Shown piece by piece: positions 17,510 to 27,102 of a DNA stretch of 64,000 bases (position 1 is its first letter; each line of letters opens with the position of its first letter). The notes under the pieces were generated by a model. That model was not told the DNA's origin. It saw nothing but the letters and a program-made list of their open reading frames with translations, and made no database searches. The DNA is from Candidatus Velthaea sp. (GTDB taxonomy: Bacteria; Vulcanimicrobiota; Vulcanimicrobiia; Vulcanimicrobiales; Vulcanimicrobiaceae): positions 64,001 to 128,000 of the forward strand of contig CBDCCS010000018.1 of NCBI GenBank assembly GCA_965214935.1. Direction: 5' to 3'. A program made the translations under genes and the position numbers.

Positions 17510-19695
17510 AAGCGTTCGCTATAGGCGAAAGCGGCGGCGGCGTCGAGTGGTTCGCTGAACAGAAAACCTTGTCCGAAGCGGCAACCGAACGTCTCGAGAT
17601 CGCGCACCTGCTGTTCGGTGCGAACGCCTTGAGCGATCGCGGTAATGCCCAGATGGTGCGCTAACGTCGCGACCGTTCGCACGATCTCAAAGCCGCTGCG
17701 TGAGTTCATGCTCGTCACGAACATCGCGTCGATTTTCAAGCCTTGCACCGGCATGTGCTGCAACGCCGCCAAGGTCGAATAGCCCGTCCCGAAGTCGTCG
17801 ACGTGAAGCTCGATGCCCAGCCGCCGTATGTCTTGCAGCAGCGTCCGCGTCCGTTCGGAGCGCTCCAAGAACGAGCTTTCGGGAATCTCGAGATGCAGCG
17901 ACCCGGCCGGTATCCCCGTCGTCCGCAAAACTTCGTTCAAGGTCGGTACAAGCCCGGGATGATTGAAGCTCTTTAGCGACAGATTCACGTTGACGTGCAA
18001 CGGTCGCGTCGAGTGCACTGCCGTTTGCCACTGCTTGAGCTGCGCGCACGCCTGATGCAAAACCCAGCGATCGACATCGATGATCAGGTCGGTCGCTTGA
18101 GCGAGCGGAAGGAAATCGTGCGGTTCGATCAAGCCGCGCTGCGGATGCTGCCAGCGGATGAGTGCCTCGAAGCCCGCCGGCCGGCGCGTCGCTAGGTCCA
18201 CGATCGGTTGATACCGCAGCGCTAGCTCGTTGCGGTCGAGTGCCGCTCGTAATTCGGCGTGCTCTTTAGGCGTGGCGCCCGCCTGCATCGCCGAACTGAA
18301 CGTAACCGACTTTGCGCGTCCGCGCTGCTTCGCAGCATACATCGCGAGATCGGCATCGGCCAGGATGTCCTCCGGTTTCGCATGCTTGTCGTGACACATG
18401 GCGATGCCGACACTGGCGGAAACCTTGACCGTTTGCTCGCCGGCGTTTAAGGGTGCTGCCATGTTTGCGCCGATGCGTTCGGCAATTTCCTGGACATCGG
18501 CGAGCCCGTCGACGCCGTCGAGCAGAACGGCAAATTCATCGCCGCCGATCCGCGCGATGATGTCGTGATCGCGCACGGATCCGACCAGTCGCCGGGCAAC
18601 ACCTTGCAATAGAATGTCGGCGGCGTTATGCCCGACGACGTCATTGATTTGCTTGAAATTGTCGAGATCGACGAACAGCACGGCAAAAACATGCGACGCG
18701 TGACGCTTGCGAAAGGCGATCGCGCGCTGCACGTGCTCGTAAAAGGCGGCGCGGTTCGGTACGTTCGTCAGGTGATCGTGAAATGCGCGATGTTGCAGAC
18801 CGGCGGCCGTAAAGTGACGTTCCGTGATGTCATGCGCGACGAGAACGTATCCGCGCGGCGTGTTGCTGCTGCCGGAGTGGATGCGCGATAACTTGCTGCT
18901 GGCGAAAAACTGCGTTCCGTCGTCGCGTACGACCCAGCCCTCATAATCGGCCGTACCGTGCGTTGCCGCAGCGTCGAGTTGGCGCGTCGCGATCCCGGCT
19001 TGGCGGTCGAGATTGAGAAAGAGCGCCGCAAAGTCGGTGCCGACGATATCGTCTTCACGATAACCGAAAAGTTGCCGAGCGCCGGGATTCCAACTTGCAA
19101 TGATGCCGTCGACATCGAGCGAGACGATCGCGTATTCGCTGATGCTGTCGACGAGAAGGCGCAGCTGTTCTTCGCTGTCGCTAAGTGCGTTCATCACGTT
19201 GCGTGCATCGGTATCGTCGTGAACGAGCTTTGTAAAGCCGATAACGCTGCCGTCCGTTGCTTTAATGGTCGCAACGGTATTGGTGCCCCAAAAGCGAGAG
19301 CCGTCGTTGCGAACGTGCCAACGGCCTTTTTCGACGTGACCGCCTTTCATGGCAGCCGCGAGTTCGCGTCCGGGTTCGCCGGCGCGAACATCTTCGGGCG
19401 TGAAAATCAACTCGAACGACCGCTCGAGCACTTCGGCAGCCGTGTAGCCGAAGGTGCGCTCTGCACCGACATTCCAGCTTACGATGCGACCGCTTTCGGA
19501 TAACGCAAATACCGCATGATCGGTAAGGCTCTCAATGAGAAACTCGTAAAGCGTTCCGGCTTCCGCGCGCGCCGCGCCGATGGCTATATCCTCTCGAACC
19601 GTGCACGACACAGCCGGCAGTGCGCTGTCCGCGGCATTCGGAGCACCGGCGTCGTCTTCAATGCGGTTTGTTCGATACGGTAATAACACGGGCAA
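17506..19695 (-). CDS. PAS-PAS-GGDEF-EAL c-di-GMP protein
   Basis: Two SWN.GA PAS repeats, GGDEF, EAL, DDFGTG; start uncertain. Confidence 0.93.
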   Translation of the reverse strand: MPVLLPYRTNRIEDDAGAPNAADSALPAVSCTVREDIAIGAARAEAGTLYEFLIESLTDHAVFALSESGRIVSWNVGAERTFGYTAAEVLERSFELIFTPEDVRAGEPGRELAAAMKGGHVEKGRWHVRNDGSRFWGTNTVATIKATDGSVIGFTKLVHDDTDARNVMNALSDSEEQLRLLVDSISEYAIVSLDVDGIIASWNPGARQLFGYREDDIVGTDFAALFLNLDRQAGIATRQLDAAATHGTADYEGWVVRDDGTQFFASSKLSRIHSGSSNTPRGYVLVAHDITERHFTAAGLQHRAFHDHLTNVPNRAAFYEHVQRAIAFRKRHASHVFAVLFVDLDNFKQINDVVGHNAADILLQGVARRLVGSVRDHDIIARIGGDEFAVLLDGVDGLADVQEIAERIGANMAAPLNAGEQTVKVSASVGIAMCHDKHAKPEDILADADLAMYAAKQRGRAKSVTFSSAMQAGATPKEHAELRAALDRNELALRYQPIVDLATRRPAGFEALIRWQHPQRGLIEPHDFLPLAQATDLIIDVDRWVLHQACAQLKQWQTAVHSTRPLHVNVNLSLKSFNHPGLVPTLNEVLRTTGIPAGSLHLEIPESSFLERSERTRTLLQDIRRLGIELHVDDFGTGYSTLAALQHMPVQGLKIDAMFVTSMNSRSGFEIVRTVATLAHHLGITAIAQGVRTEQQVRDLETFGCRFGQGFLFSEPLDAAAAFAYSERF

Positions 19696-20094
19696 TTGCG
19701 ATCCTATCGGTTTACGAACGCCGGCTTACAAGCGGGATACGAAGCGCGATACGGTGCCTAGCCGCGCGAGCCATTCGTTAGAATCGTACTCATAGCAACT
19801 TGTCAGTAAGAGGCGTGTAAAGTTTTACGGGCGGTTGAATTTTGGATAGTTTCTATCCGAGAAAGAGGAGCAACGACGTGTAACCGTCTGCAAAAATAGT
19901 ACATCTGTGCGCTTGGCTTCGTTAGAGTTTCAAGGGCACGGCTCGCAAGATAAGGCGATCCATCGGCAAGCAACTTATGCGCACTAACACCTAGTACGAT
20001 AAAGATCCACTCGTTATATGCGTTAGCGGGAATCTGCTATTTCACACGCCCGTACGTCGCTTCGAGCTACGCTCGGCGGTACGCTATCGCGTCG

Positions 20095-20841
20095 CTAACC
20101 TTGATTCGGACGTTCCGTGGTATGAAATGCTTCGCCGTTTTGCTCGTTGAACGAGCGCGCGAATTCGCGCGCGTTGATCGCATAACACTCGCACGATGCT
20201 GCTTCTAACCCCTGGCGATCGCGAATCTCGACATGTCCGCGACTGTACCGGATCAGGCCGGCTTCTTGCAATGCGCCGGCAGCGATGCTCACGCCGGGCC
20301 GGCTGACACCGAGCATGATCGAAAGAAACTCTTGCGTCAAGTCGAACTCGCCGCCGCCCAGTATGCGATCGTGCGTCAGCAATAGCCAGCGCGCGCAGCG
20401 CTCGTTCACGGTGTGGAGCCGATTACAGGCAATCGACTGCCCCATGAAGTTGAATAACGCCTCGGTGTAGCGTAACACGATGCGCCGAAACGTTGGAGCC
20501 GATGCAAAGTTCGTTAAGAATACTTCGACCGGTAACGAAAGCACATTGCCGCGAACCTGACAAATCATTTTACTCGGAGCGTGGGTGCCGCCCAAGATGA
20601 GTTGAGCGCCGGAGATGCCTTCACGTCCGAACGTGCCGATCTCAACGGCGGTACCGTCGCGCATGACGGTAAGCACCGACAACACCGCCCCGGCCGGAAA
20701 ATACACGTCGGCAATGCGCGCTTTTGCTTCGTACAAGACGGCCGGCACTGCGAGTGCGGCTCGCTTGAGGTGCGGGCGAAGGTCTTCGGCTTCTGCTTCC
20801 GGGAGCGCATCGAGGATCAAATTACCGAACGGCTCAATCAC
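20095..20841 (-). CDS. Crp/Fnr family transcriptional regulator
   Basis: GREG, ERCARWLL, LTQEFLSIMLGVSR, SCECY. Confidence 0.92.
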   Translation of the reverse strand: MIEPFGNLILDALPEAEAEDLRPHLKRAALAVPAVLYEAKARIADVYFPAGAVLSVLTVMRDGTAVEIGTFGREGISGAQLILGGTHAPSKMICQVRGNVLSLPVEVFLTNFASAPTFRRIVLRYTEALFNFMGQSIACNRLHTVNERCARWLLLTHDRILGGGEFDLTQEFLSIMLGVSRPGVSIAAGALQEAGLIRYSRGHVEIRDRQGLEAASCECYAINAREFARSFNEQNGEAFHTTERPNQG

Positions 20842-20990
20842 AATACCATTGCCTACTCACCAGCTGTCGTCCAGCAAATAGACGTCGTTGCCGCCTGCTA
20901 AATAACTAGATCACTGTACCACGACACGCCATGGACAAATCACCTCAAAAACGCTATTGACTTTTAAGGATAGTCTTTAAGGACAGGTTT

Positions 20991-21119
20991 CTAGTGAAAT
21001 AGTGCCAGCGCATTTTTCACGCTTACGAAGACGCCCCAGGCGAATGGCAGGCCGACGAACAGCCAGGCTGCGACAAGCTTACCGGTATTTTCGGTATTGG
21101 ATCGTGGTAGCTGCGTCAT
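20991..21119 (-). CDS. Small single-TM partner of the OFA-family MFS transporter
   Basis: 42 aa, AWLFVGLPFAWGV....ALALF, directly after the MFS gene with GGAG upstream. Confidence 0.75.
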   Translation of the reverse strand: MTQLPRSNTENTGKLVAAWLFVGLPFAWGVFVSVKNALALFH

Positions 21120-21135
21120 CGTATGCGCTCCGAAC

Positions 21136-22503
21136 TCAGCGTACTGCCGGCACGGCGTTATCGACGTTTTGCACCGCACCGACCGGCTTCACGAGGAAGT
21201 TGCAAACAAGCCCGACGAGCAGCAGTGCGGCCATAATATACAGCGTCGTCGAGTAGGCATCGCTTTTCGCGACGCCGTGATTGATTTGATACTCGCGGAT
21301 GTAGTTCACCAGCACCGGTCCGGCAACGCCCGCTGCCGACCACGCAGTAAGCAGGCGGCCGTGAATCGCACCGACGTTGAGCGTTCCGAAAAGGTCGCGC
21401 AAATAAGCCGGAATAGTCGCAAAACCGCCGCCGTACATGCTCAAGATGAGTCCGTACATCAGCACGAACAGCGCGATATTTCCGCTCCGTCCGAAGGATG
21501 GGATCGTTGCATATAGTACCGCGCCCGCCGCGAAAAAGATAAAGAACGTCGGACGCCGTCCGATGTAATCGGACATCGACGCCCAGAAAATTCGGCCGCC
21601 CATATTGAAGAGGCTCAGCAGGCCGACGAAACCGGCTGCAGCGGCGATGCTGATGCGATCCGGAAACATCTCTTGGATCATCAGCGAAGCTTGACTCAGT
21701 ACGCCGATACCCGCGGTCACGTTGACGAACAACATCGCCCAAAGTAAGTAGAATTGCGGCGTGCGTACCGCCGTACCGACCAGGATGTTTTGCGTCGTGA
21801 TCATTTTGCCGGCAGTGCGCGGCTGGTAACCGGCCGGAGCGTAATCCGGCGGCGCTACGCGTACGATAAACGCGCCGACGAGCATGAAGCAGAGGTACAC
21901 GGCACCCATCGTCAAGAGCGTCGGCGCGACGCCCGTCGAGACCGGGTTCGCATGCGAACCATAAAACTTCATCAAGTTGATTGCTAACGGAGCACCGATA
22001 AGCGCGCCGCCGCCGAAACCCATAATCGCCGTACCGGTCGCTAGGCCCGGCCGATCGGGAAACCACTTGATGAGCGTCGAGACGGGCGAAATATAGCCGA
22101 TGCCGAGGCCCGTACCGCCGACGACGCCGTAGCCGAAGAAGACGAGCCACAATGCATGCAGTGCCACGCCGCCGCCGGCAATGAGCAATCCGCCCGCAAA
22201 GCAGAGCGCCGCCACGAACATCGCTTTGCGCGGACCGACGGTTTCCACCCAACGCCCGCCGAAAGCTGCCGATAAACCGAGAAACACGATTGCGAGACTG
22301 AAAATCCAGCCGAGTTGCGTAACGCTCCAATCGCCGGCCGTCGGCGCGCTGACGCCGATGAGTTGCGCGAGCGGTTTGGTGAATACACTTAGGGCATACG
22401 CCTGTCCAATAGCCAGATGGATGCACAATGCGGCCGGCGGGACGAGCCAGCGACTAAACCCCGGGCCGGCGACCGAATGCGAACGATCGAGAAAATCAGC
22501 CAT
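21136..22503 (-). CDS. OFA-family MFS transporter
   Basis: IGQAYA.SVF, KWFPDRPGLA, YGGGFATIPAYL. Confidence 0.92.
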   Translation of the reverse strand: MADFLDRSHSVAGPGFSRWLVPPAALCIHLAIGQAYALSVFTKPLAQLIGVSAPTAGDWSVTQLGWIFSLAIVFLGLSAAFGGRWVETVGPRKAMFVAALCFAGGLLIAGGGVALHALWLVFFGYGVVGGTGLGIGYISPVSTLIKWFPDRPGLATGTAIMGFGGGALIGAPLAINLMKFYGSHANPVSTGVAPTLLTMGAVYLCFMLVGAFIVRVAPPDYAPAGYQPRTAGKMITTQNILVGTAVRTPQFYLLWAMLFVNVTAGIGVLSQASLMIQEMFPDRISIAAAAGFVGLLSLFNMGGRIFWASMSDYIGRRPTFFIFFAAGAVLYATIPSFGRSGNIALFVLMYGLILSMYGGGFATIPAYLRDLFGTLNVGAIHGRLLTAWSAAGVAGPVLVNYIREYQINHGVAKSDAYSTTLYIMAALLLVGLVCNFLVKPVGAVQNVDNAVPAVR

Positions 22504-22638
22504 GCGATCCTTTCACAGCGGTAAACGCAGTGATCCAGAGTTACCATCGACGCTTCGGCGACAAATACGAGCGTACTGCCGAAAATCGCAGCCGCGTATG
22601 CAGGTGCGGCCGGCGAGCGTCTTCGCGAACGTACGCGC

Positions 22639-23169
22639 GTGACGTCGCGGGCACGCTTTTTAGCGGTCGCCGGCGGCGTGCTGGCGCTTGCGGCGCGGCG
22701 TCGTGATGAAGACGGCTGGCATCACATTCACGGACCGAACGGGCTTGCGCTCTCGACGCGGACTCCGCTGGATCTCACATTCGTCACCGTCGAGTCGGCG
22801 GTATTCCGGTTAGCCGATCACCGCGATAAGGTCATCGTCGTTAATTTATTTGCGTCGTGGTGCGGACCGTGCAATGCCGAAGCGCCGGACGTTACGGCCT
22901 TTGCCGCCGCGCATGCCGCCGATACGATCGTCATCAGCGTCGATGTCGGAGAACCGGCGACGACGGCCCGCCGATTCAAAGAACATTTTGCGATCGACTA
23001 TCCGGTCGCCGCGGACGAATCGTCGAGCGTCTATAAAACAATCGGCATGCAGGCATATCCGACGACGCTCTTCATCCGGCCCAACGGCTATTTGTCGTGC
23101 GCGTTCGTCGGGCAACTGTCGCGCGAGGACCTCGAAGCCGAGCGCAGCTATGCACTAGCAGCCACCTAA
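22639..23169 (+). CDS. TlpA/ResA-like thiol-disulfide oxidoreductase
   Basis: NLFASWCGPC, YPTT. Confidence 0.85.
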   Translation: MTSRARFLAVAGGVLALAARRRDEDGWHHIHGPNGLALSTRTPLDLTFVTVESAVFRLADHRDKVIVVNLFASWCGPCNAEAPDVTAFAAAHAADTIVISVDVGEPATTARRFKEHFAIDYPVAADESSSVYKTIGMQAYPTTLFIRPNGYLSCAFVGQLSREDLEAERSYALAAT

Positions 23170-24065
23170 CGGCGCATGCCGCCGCGTCCGGTCGAACCAC
23201 GCGACGACTCGATCGACCGGGCGTTGCCGCCCGCGAATCGGCCGCTCGCATTCAGCGGCGCCGCCGCTGCCGGCCGCGCTGCTCCACCGACCGGGGTGCG
23301 CTGGCCGTAACCGCGCTGCGCGAACACGCTCGAACGTCCGCCGCCTTGCACGTAACGTTCGGCATAGCCGGCCGGTGCTTGTGCGCCGGCATCCGGGCGG
23401 CCGGCGAACGAACGGCGGTTGAATGCCGCCGGAACATGACCGCCGTCGGCGCGGACTTCTGCACCCGAGAATGCCCGTGCGGTGCCGGCCGCGACACCGA
23501 CGCGGCCTTCGAAGCCGCGGTCGCCGCCGTCAGAATCACGCCGGCCGACGTAGCCGCCGAAATACCGATGACCGTCCCACGGCCGGCCATAAAAGCCATG
23601 CCGCTCGAAGCGGCCGTAGCCGCCGCCGAAAATAAACGCAATGCTGAACGACGGACCGTAGCCGTAGCCGAAACCCGGAGCCCAATAACCCGGACCGTAA
23701 TAGACCGGAGTCGGTAAAACACCCGAGTAGTTGTACGGCGTATCGATCTCGTTTGCATTGAAAACCGAACCGCCGCCGTAGCCCTCGATCGTAACGCTCA
23801 TACCCGGCGCTAACGTCAATCCGGTCGGATTGATGATCGTCCCTTGATGCAGTGCAATCGTGTCGACGAAACCGCGGTCGTCGTCAAGGGCGATGCGAAA
23901 CGTTCCGTCGACCGAAGCAATTCGGCCGTGGATCGTTTCGTCGGTGCTGACGACATCGGAATGAGCGTACGATGGAAGATCTTGAGCCCGAGTCGCCAGC
24001 GGCGCGAGCAACCCTCCTAGCGCCAGCGTGAACAGCGGCAGACGGAGTAAACGCGCGATAGTCAT
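23166..24065 (-). CDS. Secreted hypothetical protein with an Arg/Gly-rich tail
   Basis: Signal peptide, beta-rich domain (LHQGTIINPTGL), GGAGG SD. Confidence 0.75.
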   Translation of the reverse strand: MTIARLLRLPLFTLALGGLLAPLATRAQDLPSYAHSDVVSTDETIHGRIASVDGTFRIALDDDRGFVDTIALHQGTIINPTGLTLAPGMSVTIEGYGGGSVFNANEIDTPYNYSGVLPTPVYYGPGYWAPGFGYGYGPSFSIAFIFGGGYGRFERHGFYGRPWDGHRYFGGYVGRRDSDGGDRGFEGRVGVAAGTARAFSGAEVRADGGHVPAAFNRRSFAGRPDAGAQAPAGYAERYVQGGGRSSVFAQRGYGQRTPVGGAARPAAAAPLNASGRFAGGNARSIESSRGSTGRGGMRR

Positions 24066-24180
24066 GACATCCTCCAGGCTCCGGTGATAGGAGCACTACC
24101 GATCATACCGCATTCGCCATACAAATACATGAGACGGTTTGAAGCGTGCGAACAGCGGTTAGCCTTCGCTGTCGCAGCCG

Positions 24181-26508
24181 CTACCGGCCCGATTCGAACG
24201 AGCCCGACGATGGTTCGGCAGCGTGTCCCCGAACGGCATGCCAAAGAATATCGTTGAGTTCGCCGTCGGGCACCGCATCTTCACGGGAAAAATCGAGCCG
24301 TGCGCTATCCTCCGCCCGGTACGCTGTCTTGAGATTCAGCGCGTGGACGTCGGTCGAGGGCGGCATGGCGACAAACGGGCGCAGGTCCGGCGTCGTCCGG
24401 AATGCTTGGGACAACGGACGCGCACCGGCATCGTACGGCGTCAGCGGCGGCATACCGAAGATCAGCTCGATCGTTCGCAGGACGCCGGCCGTCGTGTAGG
24501 TTGCGTGACCGATGCCGCCTTTGGCGTACGGTGAAATGAGATAGAACGTCGAGCGCTGCTCGTCGACGTGATCGGCGCCGTTCTGCGCATCGTCTTCCAA
24601 GATAAAGATCGCGGTGTCTTTCCAATACGGCCCATGTGAGACGGTGTCGGCAAGCATTCCGACGGCGGCATCGTTATCGGCGACCATTCCCTGCGGCGTC
24701 ACCGTACCGGGTCGCGTCCCCGCGGTGTGATCGCGTGGCAAGCGCACGACTTCAATTTGCGGTACCGTGCCGGCTGCGACGAACGCGCTATACTCGCGCT
24801 TCCACTCGCGAAACCGGTCGACGTCTGCAACGGCCATGTCGAAGGTCGGATAGTGCAGGTCGGTGCGATCGCGCAATTCGGCAAAGTCGGTCGTAACGTC
24901 GCTACCCGGCAGTGCGCCCGGCGTGCTGAACTCACCGTAGTTCCGGAACGTCACGCCGTTGCGGGCGGCAAGGTTCCAAAGATAGCCCGCATGCGGCGTT
25001 GCCGCATGGGCACCGTCCTCGAAATCATACACCGGCCGCCGGCCGGCATATTCGGGCGGCCACATTTTCTCGAGATAGTCGTTGGCAAACGCCGCCATCG
25101 ACCAGTTATGGCCGTCCGCGCTGACCTGAGCGTTGTCGAAGAAGCGATCGAATATGCCGAACCGGGCGGCGATCGCGTGTTGATTGGGTGTCACCTGCGC
25201 GCCGAACATCACGAGGCGTGGATCGCCGTCTGCCGCCGGCAGATCGCCTAACACTTGGTCGTACGTGCGGTTCTCTTTGATGACGTAGATGACGTGTGCG
25301 ATCGGGCCGCCGGCGTGCACGATCGGATCGGCCGGGAGCGCGGCAATGTGGTACGGCGGCCCGAGCCGGCCCAGTTCGCGCATGCTGCCCGCGAGTTGCG
25401 CATCGGTTGGAATCGCTAGACGGCGCACCGATCCGGCGAGATTCGCGGCAATGTAGCCCGGCCGGTCGTCGCCGGCATGGACGCGAGCGAGCGGTGCATA
25501 GCCGGGGTTCGGATGGCCGCTCTCGCCTTTGCCGTCGAGCACGTATAGCGCGCCGGCGCGCCGGTCGACGGCGACGCCCGTCGGATACCAGCCCGTCGGG
25601 ATCGCGCCGATCGCAGTTGCGCCGCGCGTATCGAGCCGCATGACCACGACGGCATTTGCCGCACCGCAAGTGACGTAAAGCCGGTCACCGTCAAGGGTCA
25701 AGGCGTTTGGAGAAGCGCCGACGATTTGGTTCAAGCCGAGTGCTGCACGCGCAATGGTGCGACCGGTCGCGAGGTCGATAATGCTGATGTCGTCGTCGTC
25801 TGCGTCCGCAACGTACAGCCGGATTCCGTCGCTCGCGAGTGCCGACGGATGCAATCCGACGCTTGCCGCACCCGTCTTGCCCTTGAACGGATCGACGATG
25901 TCGACGGTTCGGCCGTCCCAGTCGGCGACGAACGCACGGGTGCCGTCGGCGCTAAAAGCGGTCGCTTTCGGATGTCCGCCGGTGCTCCAAACTGCCGAGA
26001 CGGTGCCCGCCCGCTCGTCAACGAACGCTACTCGTGCGGCGAGATCGCCGGTTACGGCCAGCGTTTTACCATCCGGCGAGCGCGCAACGGACGTCGCGTA
26101 AAAGTCATTTCCGAGGTCGATCGTCCGATCGACTTTGGCCGTCGTCGTGTCGATGTGAACGATCGCATTCGAGCTCGCACCGGCAACCCACACGCCGTCA
26201 CCGCCGTTATCGCGCAGCGCAATCCCGAATGCATCGGGAAGTGGGACACGAGCGGTCGTTGCAAGCGTCCGGGTGTCGACGATGCGTAAGGCCGGTTTCC
26301 CATAGCCGGCCTCGACGATGAATGCGCGGGTGCCGTCGCTCGAGAGCGTGATGCCTTGCGGCAAGGTGCCGATGACGGCCACCGGTCCGGCCGGCGCCGC
26401 GATCGACCAATCGTTGGGCAGATGCAATGGACCGGGCGCAGCAAATGCGGCCGCGCCGAGCGCCGCGCTTCCGGCGAAGGCGGCCAACAGGCGCAGCGAG
26501 GCCTGCAA
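24181..26508 (-). CDS. YncE-like beta-propeller + phosphoesterase (alkaline phosphatase superfamily)
   Basis: Propeller repeats, YVIKENRTYDQV, SADGHNW, EDDAQNGADHVD. Confidence 0.9.
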   Translation of the reverse strand: MQASLRLLAAFAGSAALGAAAFAAPGPLHLPNDWSIAAPAGPVAVIGTLPQGITLSSDGTRAFIVEAGYGKPALRIVDTRTLATTARVPLPDAFGIALRDNGGDGVWVAGASSNAIVHIDTTTAKVDRTIDLGNDFYATSVARSPDGKTLAVTGDLAARVAFVDERAGTVSAVWSTGGHPKATAFSADGTRAFVADWDGRTVDIVDPFKGKTGAASVGLHPSALASDGIRLYVADADDDDISIIDLATGRTIARAALGLNQIVGASPNALTLDGDRLYVTCGAANAVVVMRLDTRGATAIGAIPTGWYPTGVAVDRRAGALYVLDGKGESGHPNPGYAPLARVHAGDDRPGYIAANLAGSVRRLAIPTDAQLAGSMRELGRLGPPYHIAALPADPIVHAGGPIAHVIYVIKENRTYDQVLGDLPAADGDPRLVMFGAQVTPNQHAIAARFGIFDRFFDNAQVSADGHNWSMAAFANDYLEKMWPPEYAGRRPVYDFEDGAHAATPHAGYLWNLAARNGVTFRNYGEFSTPGALPGSDVTTDFAELRDRTDLHYPTFDMAVADVDRFREWKREYSAFVAAGTVPQIEVVRLPRDHTAGTRPGTVTPQGMVADNDAAVGMLADTVSHGPYWKDTAIFILEDDAQNGADHVDEQRSTFYLISPYAKGGIGHATYTTAGVLRTIELIFGMPPLTPYDAGARPLSQAFRTTPDLRPFVAMPPSTDVHALNLKTAYRAEDSARLDFSREDAVPDGELNDILWHAVRGHAAEPSSGSFESGR

Positions 26509-26509
26509 T

Positions 26510-26860
26510 TTACGCCGTGCGCGTAAACGGGCGCTGCTTGCGCGCGCTCAGCGCGACGTACACGATGCGCGGACCGATTCCGATCAGCAGCGCTAAGGTA
26601 ATAAAGGCAAACGTCGGATGAACGTACTCGAGAAAGCCGTGCGGGATAAAGCGGCAAAAGAAGTTCGTGCCGAACATTGCCATGGCGAACAGGCCGTACC
26701 CCAATTGCAGGCGGCAATCGGGATCGATCGCCGTGCCGAAGAGCGAACGGCGATGCTTGGGCAGCCACCACCACAACATCGGCACGGCAAGCGCCAGCGC
26801 AATCGCTCCGCTCGCCGTTCCCCAAATCAAGTCGAACGCCCGATCGCCTTCCAAAAACAT
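26510..26860 (-). CDS. Small membrane protein
   Basis: Three hydrophobic segments from ATG 26860; abuts the next gene. Confidence 0.55.
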   Translation of the reverse strand: MFLEGDRAFDLIWGTASGAIALALAVPMLWWWLPKHRRSLFGTAIDPDCRLQLGYGLFAMAMFGTNFFCRFIPHGFLEYVHPTFAFITLALLIGIGPRIVYVALSARKQRPFTRTA

Positions 26861-27102
26861 GCCGCGTGCGTTCGGGACGGTCGAGGAACCCTCCCGCGCA
26901 AGAGTGCGGGAGTCTGTTGCTCCGACGAGCCGGGTAGTCGTATATGCACGGCCGTCCCGAACGTTTTCCGAGCGAGGGTCGGCCGTCACGCTGCGTGAAC
27001 GTCGGAGAACGAATTCGGCCGATAGGCTGGGCTTGCCGTTTCGCCTCTTGACGGTGGCAACGACCGACGACAGCACGACTACGCGCGAACATGGAGTTTT
27101 GA

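Noticed and set aside
19696..20094. c-di-GMP riboswitch or sRNA upstream of the GGDEF-EAL gene
   Set aside because: No recognisable aptamer motif; only a short palindrome (GGATAG-ttt-CTATCC).
20963..20986. TTTAAGGAYAG tandem repeat
   Set aside because: Two short copies only; function cannot be supported.
27045..27100. T-box upstream of ilvE (GGTGGCAAC)
   Set aside because: No antiterminator partner, terminator or specifier stem found.
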